DNA from: Ruditapes philippinarum
Taxonomy: Eukaryota
Reading direction: 5' to 3'
Length of the DNA: 64,000 nt
Assembly: GCF_026571515.1 (NCBI RefSeq)
Contig: NW_026852306.1
Span: 124,001 to 188,000, forward strand
Below, in pieces: positions 27,725-39,600 of the stretch. The notes under the pieces are model-generated. The model worked only from the letters and a program-made list of their open reading frames with translations, did not search any database and was not told where the DNA came from. Each line of letters opens with the position of its first letter. Position 1 is the first letter of the stretch. Both the position numbers and the translations under genes were made by a program.

Positions 27725-29744
27725 AACAAGATATGTTTGTAAAACATGTATGCCCCCTATCGACAGCCAATTAGTCATGTGATCAGTTTATTATTACTGA
27801 CTTTTGACCTAGTGACAAAAAAAATAATAAGGGTTAATTACTGGTCATGACAAGTCACTTGGTAATCGTGACCGCAAAGGTTGTGTGCTGTAATTTTATG
27901 ACAAATTTATTTCAATGTTACCAAATAAAATATGCATAAATTTTATTAATTATGTAGGCCTAATTAATGACAGCCAAGTTGTTATATTACATAAGACCTT
28001 GGAATGTGTATATCAAAAGGAATTTTAGTTTAATAAAAAATATCAACCAAGGCATCTTGAGCTGTTAAGTTAGTGGTCAGAAACAGTCTTTACATACAAG
28101 GTCAATTTATCATTGACCTTTGACCCTAAATCAATAGGGGTTATCTACTGCCCAAGACCAATGCACTTGTAAAGTTTGAAGGTAAAGGGCCCATGTGTTG
28201 GGATATTAACCAGAAAGCGTGGTTACCTATAAGGTCAATGTGATCTTGACCTTTGACCCCTTAACGCCAAGAAATCCATTGAGGTCATCTTCTGACCAAA
28301 AGCAATGCATCTGTAAAGCTTGAAGGTCAATGGTCCATGGGTTGTCCAGTTATTGACAGAAAACCATCTTGAAATACAAGGTCAATGCAACCTTGACCTT
28401 TGTTTCCCTGACCTCAAAATCATAAGGGGTCATCTACAGGCCAAGACCAATGCACCTTCAAAATTTGAGGGCGAAAAGCCTATAGCTTGTCAAGTTATTG
28501 ATAGGAAACTTTTTTTACTTCAAGGTCATTGCAACCTTCATCTTTGACCCCTTGACCCCAAAATCGAAAGGGGTCATCTACTGGTCAAGTCCAATGCACC
28601 TGCCAATTTTGAGGGCCAACAGCCCATGGGTTGTCAAGTTATTGATCGGAATCCGTTTTTACCTACTAGGTCAATGTGACCTTGACCTTTGACCCCTTGA
28701 CCCCAAAATCTATAGTGGTCATCAGCTGGTCATTAACAATCATCATACCAAGTTTGAAATTCCTAGGCCTAAGTATGCTTTTGTTATTGATCCGAAACCG
28801 TTTTAATCGACAAGGTTAATGTGACCTTGACATTAACTCTGACCACAAAATCAATAGGGGTCATCTGCTGGTCATGAACATTCATCATACCAAGTTTGAA
28901 GTTCCTAGGCCTAAGCGTTCTTTAGTTATTGATCGGACACCGTTTTTACCTACAAGGTAAATGTGACTTTGACCTTTGACCCCTTAACCCCAAAATCAAT
29001 AGGGCTTATCTGCTGGTCATGAACAATCACCAAACCAAGTTTGAAGTTCCTAGGCCTAAGCGTTCTTTAGTTATTGATCGGAAACCTTTTCTACCAACAA
29101 GGTAAATGTAACCTTGACCTTTAACCCCTTGACCCCAAAGTCAATAGGGGTCATCTGCTGGTCATGAACAATCATCAATCTAAGTTTGAAGTTCCTAGGC
29201 CTAAGTGTTCTTTAATTATTAATCGGAAACGGCTTTTACCAACAAGGTCCATGTGACCTTGACCTTTGACCATTAACCCCAAAATCAATAGGGGTCATCT
29301 GCTGGTCAGGAACAATCATCATACCACGTTTGAAGATTCTAGGCCTAAGGGTTCTTTAGTTATTTATCGGAAACCGTTTTTACCAAAAGGTCCATGTGAC
29401 CTTGACATTTGACCATTGACCCCAAAATCAATAGGGGTCATTTGCTAGTCATGAACAATCATCATACCAAGTTTGAAGTTCCTAGGCCTAAGCGTTCTTC
29501 AGTTATCACTCGGAAACCGTTTTTACCTACAAGGTCAATGTGACCTTGACCTTTGACCCTTTGACTCCAAAATCAATAGGGATCATCTACTGGTCATGAA
29601 CAATCATCATTCTAAGTTTGAAGTTCCTAGGTCTAAGCGTTCTTTAGTTAACACTCGGAAACCATTTGGTATACGGACCGACGGAACGACGGACCGACAG
29701 ACAAATTCAAAGCAATATACCCCAACTTCTTTGAAGGGGGCATA
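27725..29744 (-). mobile_element. Helentron-associated element (HINE/pearl-like) carrying a satellite array
   Basis: Absent at the paralogous site (ctcagaaaatgacc, 6489-6502) and inserted in an A/T run without TSD. Subterminal inverted repeats TATGCCCCC / GGGGGCATA, terminal hairpin ATGTTT..AAACAT, and an (ACGG/ACCG) microsatellite at 29673-29703. Confidence 0.88.
28080..29665. repeat. Tandem array, ~145-bp unit, about 11 copies
   Basis: aaggtcaatgtgaccttgacctttgacc recurs at about 28098, 28231, 28378, 28522, 28667, 28811, 28953, 29098, 29243, 29387 and 29530. Confidence 0.93.
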
Positions 29745-30544
29745 ATTACCTGAAAATGTCAGACAAGCTAGTGATCCAGACCTACATCAATAAGTGCACA
29801 AATTTCTGATCCCGTCATCTCAAAAACTTGATGGATTTCTTAAAAACAGTTTTTGCCTCAACATTGAGGTTTCGGATATGCTTGCCATAAAGTATTATTC
29901 GCCTATTCTCATACTCTACCTGTTTCCCTTAAAACAAATTATCTATAAGTTGCGAATAAATATAGGAAATTGTTTACACAAATTATCACTTCTTTAATGA
30001 TTAATTCATCACTTCGTGCTAGTAAGGCAGGCTGATAAATCAAGAACTTCGGAGAGAACACATTTGTTTGCCATAAGATACAGAAGATAACATTAATTCA
30101 AAATACTTCATACAACTAACAACATGTTTATGTTTTAAAATTGTACTTTAAATTAATAACATTTGTTTTTACTGATAAATATAAATTCAACAGTGTAACC
30201 ACACCTATATTCAAGTACATTTAATAGCAAAATATTCTTGCATTTAATCATTTGTATATGTAGTATCGTTTGGTTGATATCGTTTGTATTTTCATGCATT
30301 GATTGTCTTAGACAATAGTACTAACTTATCTGAAAGCAATTTATCATACAATACCACAGTTGATTTGTATTACATTGTGACATATTTTGAATGATTAATA
30401 TACATTTCTTCTTATCAGCGTGTGATTGTAGGAGTTTGTAACTGATTGCATATATAACGCTTATGTCTGTTACAAGCTGTTGATTAATTGTGGTTAGGAA
30501 CGATTAAATTTAGTAAAAAATGAATAGTATTAAGATTTACTTAA

Positions 30545-30597
30545 ATGTCACTTTAGGTGTCGAGAACCGCTCAATCCAGTGCTCGGGGCGCGAGAGA
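30545..30597. ncRNA. Truncated copy G of the structured element (duplicate of F)
   Basis: CCGCTCAATCCAGTGCTCGGGGCGCGAGAGAT. The duplication breaks off inside the stem. Confidence 0.45.
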
Positions 30598-32142
30598 TTT
30601 TTACCCTTTGATATTAATACTACAAATTGGCACCGAAATCTGGAATAATTAACTTAAAAGTACCAGTAAAGTGCAATATCCTCGCTACTAAGCTTTTTAT
30701 CCATATATCAAATTTAGATGTTGATTTAAAAAAATAGCACGGTGAATAATACTGTCTCATGTTTTTCTTTGAAATTAACAAACCCAGATTATTCCGTATG
30801 CGCTTAAATGAAATATATGCACTACAAGTTATTCATGTATGGTAAAAATATCTCAAGATTAGTTGTGTCTCATTCAGCTGCGATGCATCATCCATCACAA
30901 AAGTATTTTGAGCTTTATGAATTTGATTTGAATTTCATTAATACGCCTACGTATCTCTTAGACAAAAGTTCATTGGCGACGAAATGTGGTATTTAGCTTT
31001 ACCATGCGTTAAAATATTTTTTTTTCGTCTTGCAAATTGATTATTATTGTGTAAATTGAAAGATTTACAAGTATTCATGCCTGTCAGGAAAGTTTTCATT
31101 AATACAAATTCAACATGCCAATTGAAAACAGTAACCTTCGCAATGGCATTAATTTATGCATCTTGCTTTTTTCCTTTGCGAGATATGATGGCTACGAGAG
31201 ATAATGGCTCTTACTTTGTTTAGCCTATCTGATCTTGTGGGCATACACAACGGAATACTCATTAAATTTTGATGACTTGGGGGAGTGGAAGGGAGTTTGA
31301 TTAAGATTATTTGGTTGTCGTAAAAAGCATATATGTTGAGTCACAGATTAAGAAGCCAAGGTTTTGAAAAGTTTCAAACACTGAAAAATGGTACGTAAAC
31401 ATACACAGAAACACCCGAAGATATGATCAATGAATATTCCCTATTTCTCATGTACCTCACTATTAAAAGATGTCCAATATATGTTTCATTTTTCTACTAT
31501 ATGACAAATTAATCTAATACAATATCAATCACGACTCTTCTACGCTTAATCAGTTGACAAATAATTGAACTTTGTGTTCGTGATTGTCAGACTAATTGAT
31601 CAATTCAGGATGTGAAGAATATATACATTTTGCAAAATGAGACAGGAATGAATGGCTCGATTCAGAATGTAATAAACAACGACTTGATATTTAAATACCT
31701 CTACCCGATGCTTTGATGTTTAAATACAAATTATAGGATCTTACTAGAATGTGGAAAATAGCTTTAACATCAAATGTCTATTAGCTAAAAGAAAACAATA
31801 ACAGATAATAGCTATTAATATAAGGATTCCCTTTTTGCTCTTGAAAACCATCAATAAATACCAAAATATAATAAACCTTTTTCGGAGGTTATCTTATTGA
31901 GGTAGGATTATAATTTAATACACGTGATAAATTATGTAATTACCTATGTAGTCTATGGTGGCTATTAAGGGGTGTAGCAGGGTTTGGTATATGTAGCTAA
32001 TTAATTTCATACATGTATAAGCAGGCAATTTCTGTACCTTGCTTGAGGTTAGTTTTGTCCCAATATTTTACAACCTTTGTATTATTTGATGACTGTAAAG
32101 ATATGTTTCAGGGTCAGTAAATGTAAATTATTACTAACATAT

Positions 32143-33865
32143 AACAAGTAGAGATTTTGATGCTAAAGCATCAAGTCGCCGGATAGAAATATGATTGTAT
32201 TATCATAAATAAAAGAAAATATCAGTTTAATGGTTCGAGTATACACTAAATCCCTAAACATGTTTTCATGTACTTGCCACAATCATATCTTTCTTGCTAT
32301 AAACTTTGTAAAAGAGTTATATGCAATAAATTTATGTTATGTTATAATCAAATATTTAATATTTGAAGCAAACTTGCTTAGCAAATTTGTCAAGAAACTG
32401 TTGTCATTATTAAATAAGCAAGTATTGTTTTGCAATATTTACCCGAGACTCAATAATTTTGGGGAGCTGTTTCGTTAGCTTACATAACTTATTATGATTA
32501 ATGTTAACGATTTTATTGTAAGTATAATTACATGTATAATTATATCAATTAATACTGCTCGATGACCTAGTGGTAAGTATGACGAAGTTGTAGCCTGCAT
32601 GTAGTAGGCGCAAGTTCGAATCTTGGATAAATCCTGTGTGTAGTTTTCATAAATTGATTTTTATTATATCTTTTAACTTTATGAAACTTAAGTTGATAAA
32701 TCGTGTGTTTCATTTCCAGCACTTTTTTTATTTCATAATTTTGATAAATGGTCAAGTTTTGCAAAATACAAAAAGTATTATATAAAAGCAGGTACGTATA
32801 TTAACGTACCTGATAAAAGAAAACATAAAAAAAACACTTTATCGAACCTACAGTCTTCAATTTTCAAAACTAACTTAACACCTTGTCATTGAGGCTTGTA
32901 AAGCAAGTGATATGATTACATGTATAATTCTACTTGTAATTCTACTTTATACATAAACCGTTGTACCATACATTTGAACTCCGTATGGTTTTTTACTGGT
33001 TTACTTCAGAATTCGATAATTACCGACAAATTATTACCGATCATCGAATATTTGCAAAGTGACTATGAAAATATATATGCTTAATTATTGCATAAAACAA
33101 TGCAATTCTGCTGTAAAAGTGGTGTCTGCATAAAAAAATTATTCTTATGCACTATCGAAAAAATATATTATTTAGCTGAAATCAATATTCCTGTCGTTAC
33201 ATACGATATAGTTAACGTTTAATTGCCTTTCAGTGCAATAAACTATCAAATTAGTTTCCTCTGTGTACTCAATACGATTCCGGCCCCTACTGTCATACCG
33301 AGATTTTTCATACAAAATTACTTTGATTTGCACTTTATCAGCTGCCAACCATTCACAAGTTACCTGTATGTCTGTCTTATCAGCCATTTGTTACTATTAA
33401 TAGATTTTATAACAGTGTAGTCACGTGATTCTGGGAGAAACTGTTTATAATAAATAAGATAAAAAAAAATAGAATAGGTCTCATAAGATATAAACAACCA
33501 GATAATTTAAAAGTGTCATTTCAAATATCATGCATGATTTATTCATCATAAAATAGCAACGCTTGACACTTTGAAAAAAGTAAAAACATCCCTAAATTCA
33601 ATTACTTATCCATAGGGATACGTCATTAATTCATTTTATAAAAATGGTAATGTTGCTTTTTACGATGTCAATATTTGAATATTTCAATTCATTTAGCAAC
33701 ATTATTGTATGTTTGAATTTTTGAGATTACTGAAAACAATTGCAGTCTTTAATTGTTCAGTAATTGATATTCTATTATTTACAGAAATTAATGCCTTCTC
33801 CTACCATTAGGTATAATATTAAACTGTTACAAATATAGTCGCCGGTTTCTACCGGCGACTTATAA
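32143..33865 (-). mobile_element. Non-autonomous Helentron-type element
   Basis: Right-end hairpin AGTCGCCGGT-ttct-ACCGGCGACT. Matching subterminal AAGTCGCCGG at 32173-32182 beside hairpin TTGATGCT-AA-AGCATCAA. Ends aacaag / ttataa. Confidence 0.75.
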
Positions 33866-36074
33866 AGCAATCTATGTACATTGCTTGAGGATGTTTTGTC
33901 ATATTTTATGAAACATTGCAAATTGAATTTTCTTCGCTTACTGATAGGGAGACTGACATTATTTATTGCGCCTTTTAAACCTTGTTTATCTTATAAAGAA
34001 TCTCATCTCATGGTTAATGTGGCAATATCAATAAAAATGAACTTTATATTATTTTACAATCTAATTACATGACTTGAGATTTTTGCCAGATTTCATTTTG
34101 TGGTTAATGCAAATCGAAATTTTCTTTGGCCTTCAGAGAGAAGTACTAAAATCCAAATGGTAAAAGTAGGTTATCAAGAATATACTGCTCTTTCACAACA
34201 GATCAAAATATTGGTTACCTTTACTAAACTTTCATATTTGAATGAAACATATGTAAATATTATATATCATGATACTCATTAATGCATTCCTTTTCTATGA
34301 CAGTATCACACCTTTAAGGGCCTAAAATCTCGTTTTACTTTATTTCCAAATATTATAACAAATTGAGCAGAAGGCAATATTTGTTACCTAGTAGGTAATA
34401 TGTTTAATCATATCTTGAACATGGTATTAGCACAACTAAAATTGAAAAGATCACCGTTAAACCTTTCATGATGAATGTTAAAAGTAAATGATCATGGCAT
34501 TTCAAATGGTGAAAGTGTTGGTGTTGATGATTATGATGATGATGATGACGATGATGATTATGCCTTTGAAATTTGAAGGTGAATAAAGAATATAGTTGGT
34601 CGTTGCCCTTTTGGACAGGAAGTTAACGCCTATCAATTGACAAGGTATGTATAGGTAGATGCTCCATTCTGTTAGGCCTTTACAGGCAATGTTAGTAATA
34701 AAATGATCACATCTGGCTGTTACAATAATCAGATCTGTCGCCGTTGAAGCACGGCGACAATCAATAAGACTTTGTATTTTGTAAATAGATATAAAATTTG
34801 TATTTGATAGTTTCTGTTGGTTATTAATTAAAAGCCTTATAACATTAACCGTTAGGATTCGATTTCCACGCGAGCTACATTACACCACGTGTCACACACT
34901 CTTTGCATGCTTATGAAATAATTATTATTTACTTGAGACTTCGAGTTATGTTTATTTATTTCTTGTTTTACCTTGAGTTTTAATATTTTATATCAGGTGA
35001 TTACATTTAAAAAAAAAATCTTCTAAAACAAAAAAGGCCACACAACAAAACATCAAGATTATCATACACTACCTTTACCATTACTCTTCTGTCACGCAAT
35101 ATTTTTGATTTATGAACGTTTTCATTTTTTTATTCCATAATTCAGCCCACATGTTTTATTTTGATGCCATAAGCGACAGAAGAATTCACTCAGCGTTAAG
35201 TTGCTTCGGAAAGTATTTATGAATTAATTTCAGGTTATATTCATTAATTTTTAAATTTATTATCCTAGAAAATGCAGACTTAATTAGAAGATTAAATTTG
35301 TTCACGCCATAGTAGCGTGCTAGACACAAAATGTAGAATGTCTTAATTAAATAAATGTTGTTTTTGTGTCGTGTTAATCTTGTGATAACTTTTTGGCAAA
35401 CCTTTTTTAGCCAACTGTGTTATTATTATGATACTGTTTTAGCGATAAAATGCTTATTTATTCAATTGAAAAACAAACACGTAAACAATTTTTTATGTTA
35501 ACGTTGCTTTATTTTACACATATTTTATATGAGGGAGATTCTACCGGTAAGGTAGAAAAAAGTTTTTGATATATCAGTGTTTCTAACAGATGTCTTTTTC
35601 TCATCGTCATTAAAATCAAACCAACATATTAGTTTCCTTAAGTCCGTAACTTTGTGATATTGAATGTCGTTATAATGTGTATATTGAATTTCAGATGATA
35701 TCTGTTTCATTTTTTTCATAGGACACATTTCCCTCTAATGTTTACAAAGTAAGCATATCTCCTACTTCTATTGACAATGCGACGTGTCCTTGGAATATTC
35801 TCTTCAATCGTTTCCCCAAGGACGATAAAACACGTTGAAAGCACCGATATTATTACATTAAAATGACAACATATTTAGGTTGTATAAACACATTTTCTTG
35901 AAATGTGTTTTGTTTCCAGTTCAAGATGATTTCTACAGTAAGATTGGTGTTTAAAACGTTTGTCTTGTTTCACATACATGTAGTTCACAGCATTTTCGGT
36001 TTTCTGTAAACTTGGTGGTAGAATATTTCCAACACTTTATTACTAATGGCAAGTTTTAAAATTCCATTTTATTT

Positions 36075-36345
36075 AGTTCCGCCCATTTTTTTCTCGTTTA
36101 GGGCACACGCATTTTTTTACTTGGGGATCATATGCCGCTTTTCATGGAATGGCACTAACGTGTCACATTGAAGGTTCCATGATAACCGCCATATGAATAC
36201 ATCTGCGGATGTTTCAAATTTCCAAATTGTACCAGTTCATAGTAAATGTTGAATTCTGCTTAAGCCGGTGCTAGGGGGCGTGGACGGTAGTTTGCACTTA
36301 ACAGTACCGTCCATGAACAGGCTCAATCGAACCGAGCCTGCAACA
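36075..36345. ncRNA. Conserved structured element, best-preserved copy A
   Basis: Perfect stems TCATGGAA/TTCCATGA (36142-36182), TGGACGGTA/TACCGTCCA (36281-36313) and CAGGCTC/GAGCCTG (36318-36340). Motif GCTTAAGCCGGTGCTAGGGG at 36258-36277. Confidence 0.7.
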
Positions 36346-36399
36346 TTTTCAATTATGCCGTGTTTGGCTTTTTTTAGGGATTCTTATTTTCTCTATTCC

Positions 36400-39300
36400 G
36401 CAATGACGATATTCACAACTGATAAAATCTAAGCTTCTTGTTCGTAATATACTGAATAATCATAGTTTTGAAGAATATTTCCTCCTCATATAAGAAAGAT
36501 CAATGTAAATTAAAATCGCTCTGCTATTAAGATTAAAACTTCTATTCGAAACGTTGCTTTTATGATTTAGGCTATTAATCTGGTCTGTTTTTCTTTGTTA
36601 TCAATTTGACCGACATTTTCTGTAACAAATAAGTCATTTATTATTCCGTGCCCGCAGATTGTTTTGAAAATTAGTTTTCCAGTTTGAGGTTGCATTAATT
36701 TTTTTTACGAAACTATTCATTCTTTTGCATATAATGATTGATATCTCATTTGATGACATCCTTAAAAACCGGAGACATGAAACAGCACGTCTATTTATTG
36801 TAAGTGTTTGGTTGTAAATCTAGAGCAATCTCTTTAGGGGAAATGATAAAAAGTATAATTATTTTACTCAATAGTTTTGGGTTAATTAAATACCCAGGAA
36901 ATGGTTCTTAATCAGAAACTTTGTAACTTTGTAAAAACTTCAGATAATGCAATGTAATATAATAAACAATCATTCATTCGTTGTTGCTACTTTTGTTGAT
37001 CTTACAACATAAGTGTATAATAACGTTCATGCACCAAAATCCGAGTGCATTATAATTGATTGTTTTCAGAAGTTAGGGTGATTTACGTGCACTGTTCTAA
37101 TTCCGTCTGAATGCCATACTGTTTCCATTTAAAATCAATATGTCAAGTGTATTGAATTGATAGATTAACTGGAACAACTATGAATAAGCCTGAGAAATTA
37201 TGAAACATTAAATACTTACCATTCAATGGAACGCAGTCAGAAGTCAGTAAATTAATGATCGGTTTGATTGCATTAGAGTTTTAAGTGGCACGCATAATAC
37301 ATTGGATTAATAGCTTAACAGCACAGCTTCGGAAGTTAATTTACGAATTATTCTAGTGCAAAAAGTTAAGTTCTGAAAGTAAAAAAACAACTCTATTTGC
37401 GGCTCTATTCGATATCCTAGCAACACAGTGGAATTCAAAACAATTTATCCATATTTGCTTGTATGAAACACCAGTAAACTTGCTAAATACGTTTTGGCAG
37501 AAATACATTAAACAAAACAAATTTTGAATCATAAAGACCTTATTTTGTAGAAAATGAGACAAAAAATGTCAAACCGTCTCGGCAAAAAGTTACATTTGTT
37601 CCAAAGGCGCTTAGTAATTGCAGTCTCAAAGATAGTTTGTTGCTTGGAATTGTGACAATATGTAGCTCAATATTATGAAATATTTACGAATCTATGTGTT
37701 ATTTACAATTCCGTAACAAATTCATTTTTGATATTTCGAGAACATTGATGTTTGTCTGTAAAGCAGATATTGATCTTGAGTATAAAAGATAAGTAACTAT
37801 ATACAAAATGTATAATGCAATTGTTATCACTTTCAAAAAATCTTAAAACTTGACAGAGCTTTTGACTGGGTATGACAAATGCAACAGTTTTTGAATCCCG
37901 TTGCACCTGCTTAAGCACTAATAATCTTCGAACAATTAAACAATCAAAGAATTGATCCCGGAGAATCAGAAAAAAATACTGCAATTCTGATGTTGAAGTT
38001 GGTGGTATCAGTGTCGTGCTATATTATAAAAGGATAATGGATTCGTGGCAATATAAAATTCATATTGTAAAACATATGGAAACCATTTTCGTTGCTTGTA
38101 CAAATTGTCCGCACCATCACGATTGTTGACTGTTTAAACTATTAACAGAATATCGTCTAGAAAATATTGTATTTAATATAAGACGAAGAAAAATCGCAAT
38201 TCATTCTTTGCATAATTCTACAGTATTTGATAATAATTGTTTGATAAATGTTCCCTTGAAATATTAATGCATCCTACATAATCTAAAAGACTTTTGTTTC
38301 TATTTTGTTTAGGAATTACCACATCAAAGTAAATACTTGAATTAATATTCCAGTACTAAAATAACGTCTTTCAATTATTTCACATAATAACATTTCTAGA
38401 AACATATGTCAATTGTCAATAATTGCATTGACAAACGTTTCTCCCAGTTAACAAATTAAACATTTATTAATCATTTTCCTGCAGATGTTATTGATGGTTT
38501 TATCCTCAAGGACACGGTTACAGTTAACACTATGTTTGTAACTATATTTGGACTGTAACATGATTATCAATGCCTTTATAAATCTCAAGAAACAAGAATC
38601 TTTGATAAGCAAATGGAATACAAATTTTATGGTTTATGTCTTTTTAGAATACTTGATGAGATCTGTAACTAAGCATCTTGGCGTTTATTTGAACATTGTA
38701 TGATAAGGTAAATGACAAAATATCTCGAATTACAGGAGCTAATTATAGTTGTTGTATTTCAAGTTATTTATTCCGGTACTTCAAGAATGGCGGGTTTTTG
38801 GGGGGGATTTTCTTTCTGTTGTTGTTTTTAATTTGGAAGATTGTTATTTTTTAAAAACAGAGACAAATACTTTCTCTTGTAAAGAACAAATTCCTTAGGG
38901 GAAAACAGATCAGCTTGAAATAAAACATCATTCTGACCAAAATATTAAAGGGAATATGTCAAACTACACTACTGTAATAATCAGTGGAATAAATTGCTCA
39001 TAATTACTGGCTAGAAAAAGGATTTGTGCGCGCGTTGAAATAAACATAATTTGCACCAGTCCTTGAACAAGGCATGCATTGAATATTGTAATTTTAAATC
39101 TTTATTTCATTCAGTTATTTCATTTTATAACTGGTTGCGTTCTGCTCACATGCGTCAAATATGTATTTGTCAGCATTGTTATTAAATTCAGTACAAATGA
39201 ATGGAAAAGATTATCGTTTGATCTGATTAAGTTGTCAACAAAGCCAATAGAAACAGTTTGATTGAATCGGATGTGCAGAAATGTAATAAACTTTTCCAAT

Positions 39301-39600
39301 CCCTCATAGCATCTTTTAACTACGAAAAGTAGCTTTATCAAAATAAGATTATATTGCGTGAATTCAAAAAGATACCTCCAGTGGTATATTTTGCAGAATT
39401 GTGCAGAATTTGCTGTAATCCACCTTGTACCATTTTCAGATTAATTTACAATTTGCAAAACATGTCTTTTTACTATGTCACCAACATTACAATATCAAAT
39501 TGAATGTGCAAAATGCAAACTGACAATGTTATTGATATATATAGAAGATGCGCAAATATTATCAAATTATCTGAATGCAATTGAATTTGCTCGAAAGTTG
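36400..39600 (-). pseudogene. Longest decayed ORF remnant (~3 kb, apparently intron-poor), SPRY-domain-like
   Basis: Chain of near-open minus frames (ORFs 39120-39341, 37703-37984, 37353-37562). Motifs FYIATNPLS (about 38030-38060), NSRYFVI (about 38715-38735) and TVSIGFV. Confidence 0.45.

Larger units (their letters stand above)
15300..30597. repeat. Segmental duplication, copy 2 (interrupted by insertions at 16607-24748 and 27725-29744)
   Basis: Matches about 410-7815. Lacks the inserts at 2985-4255 and 4715-5127 and has a deletion equivalent to about 1080-1325. Confidence 0.9.

Noticed and set aside
36256-36344. Assignment of the element as twister or pistol ribozyme, tRNA, or dicistrovirus IRES
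   Set aside because: CCG-CTCAAGC-CGG recalls twister P4 and TGCTTAAGCC recalls pistol, but the twister UAA/4-bp P2 and the pistol P1/P3-GU arrangement could not be built. GGTTCGATT is not in a proper T-arm and is not conserved. No IRES SL IV or SL V loops.
36400-37000. Fanzor/TnpB ORF with a downstream omega-RNA
   Set aside because: No RuvC or CxxC zinc-finger motifs in any frame I translated.
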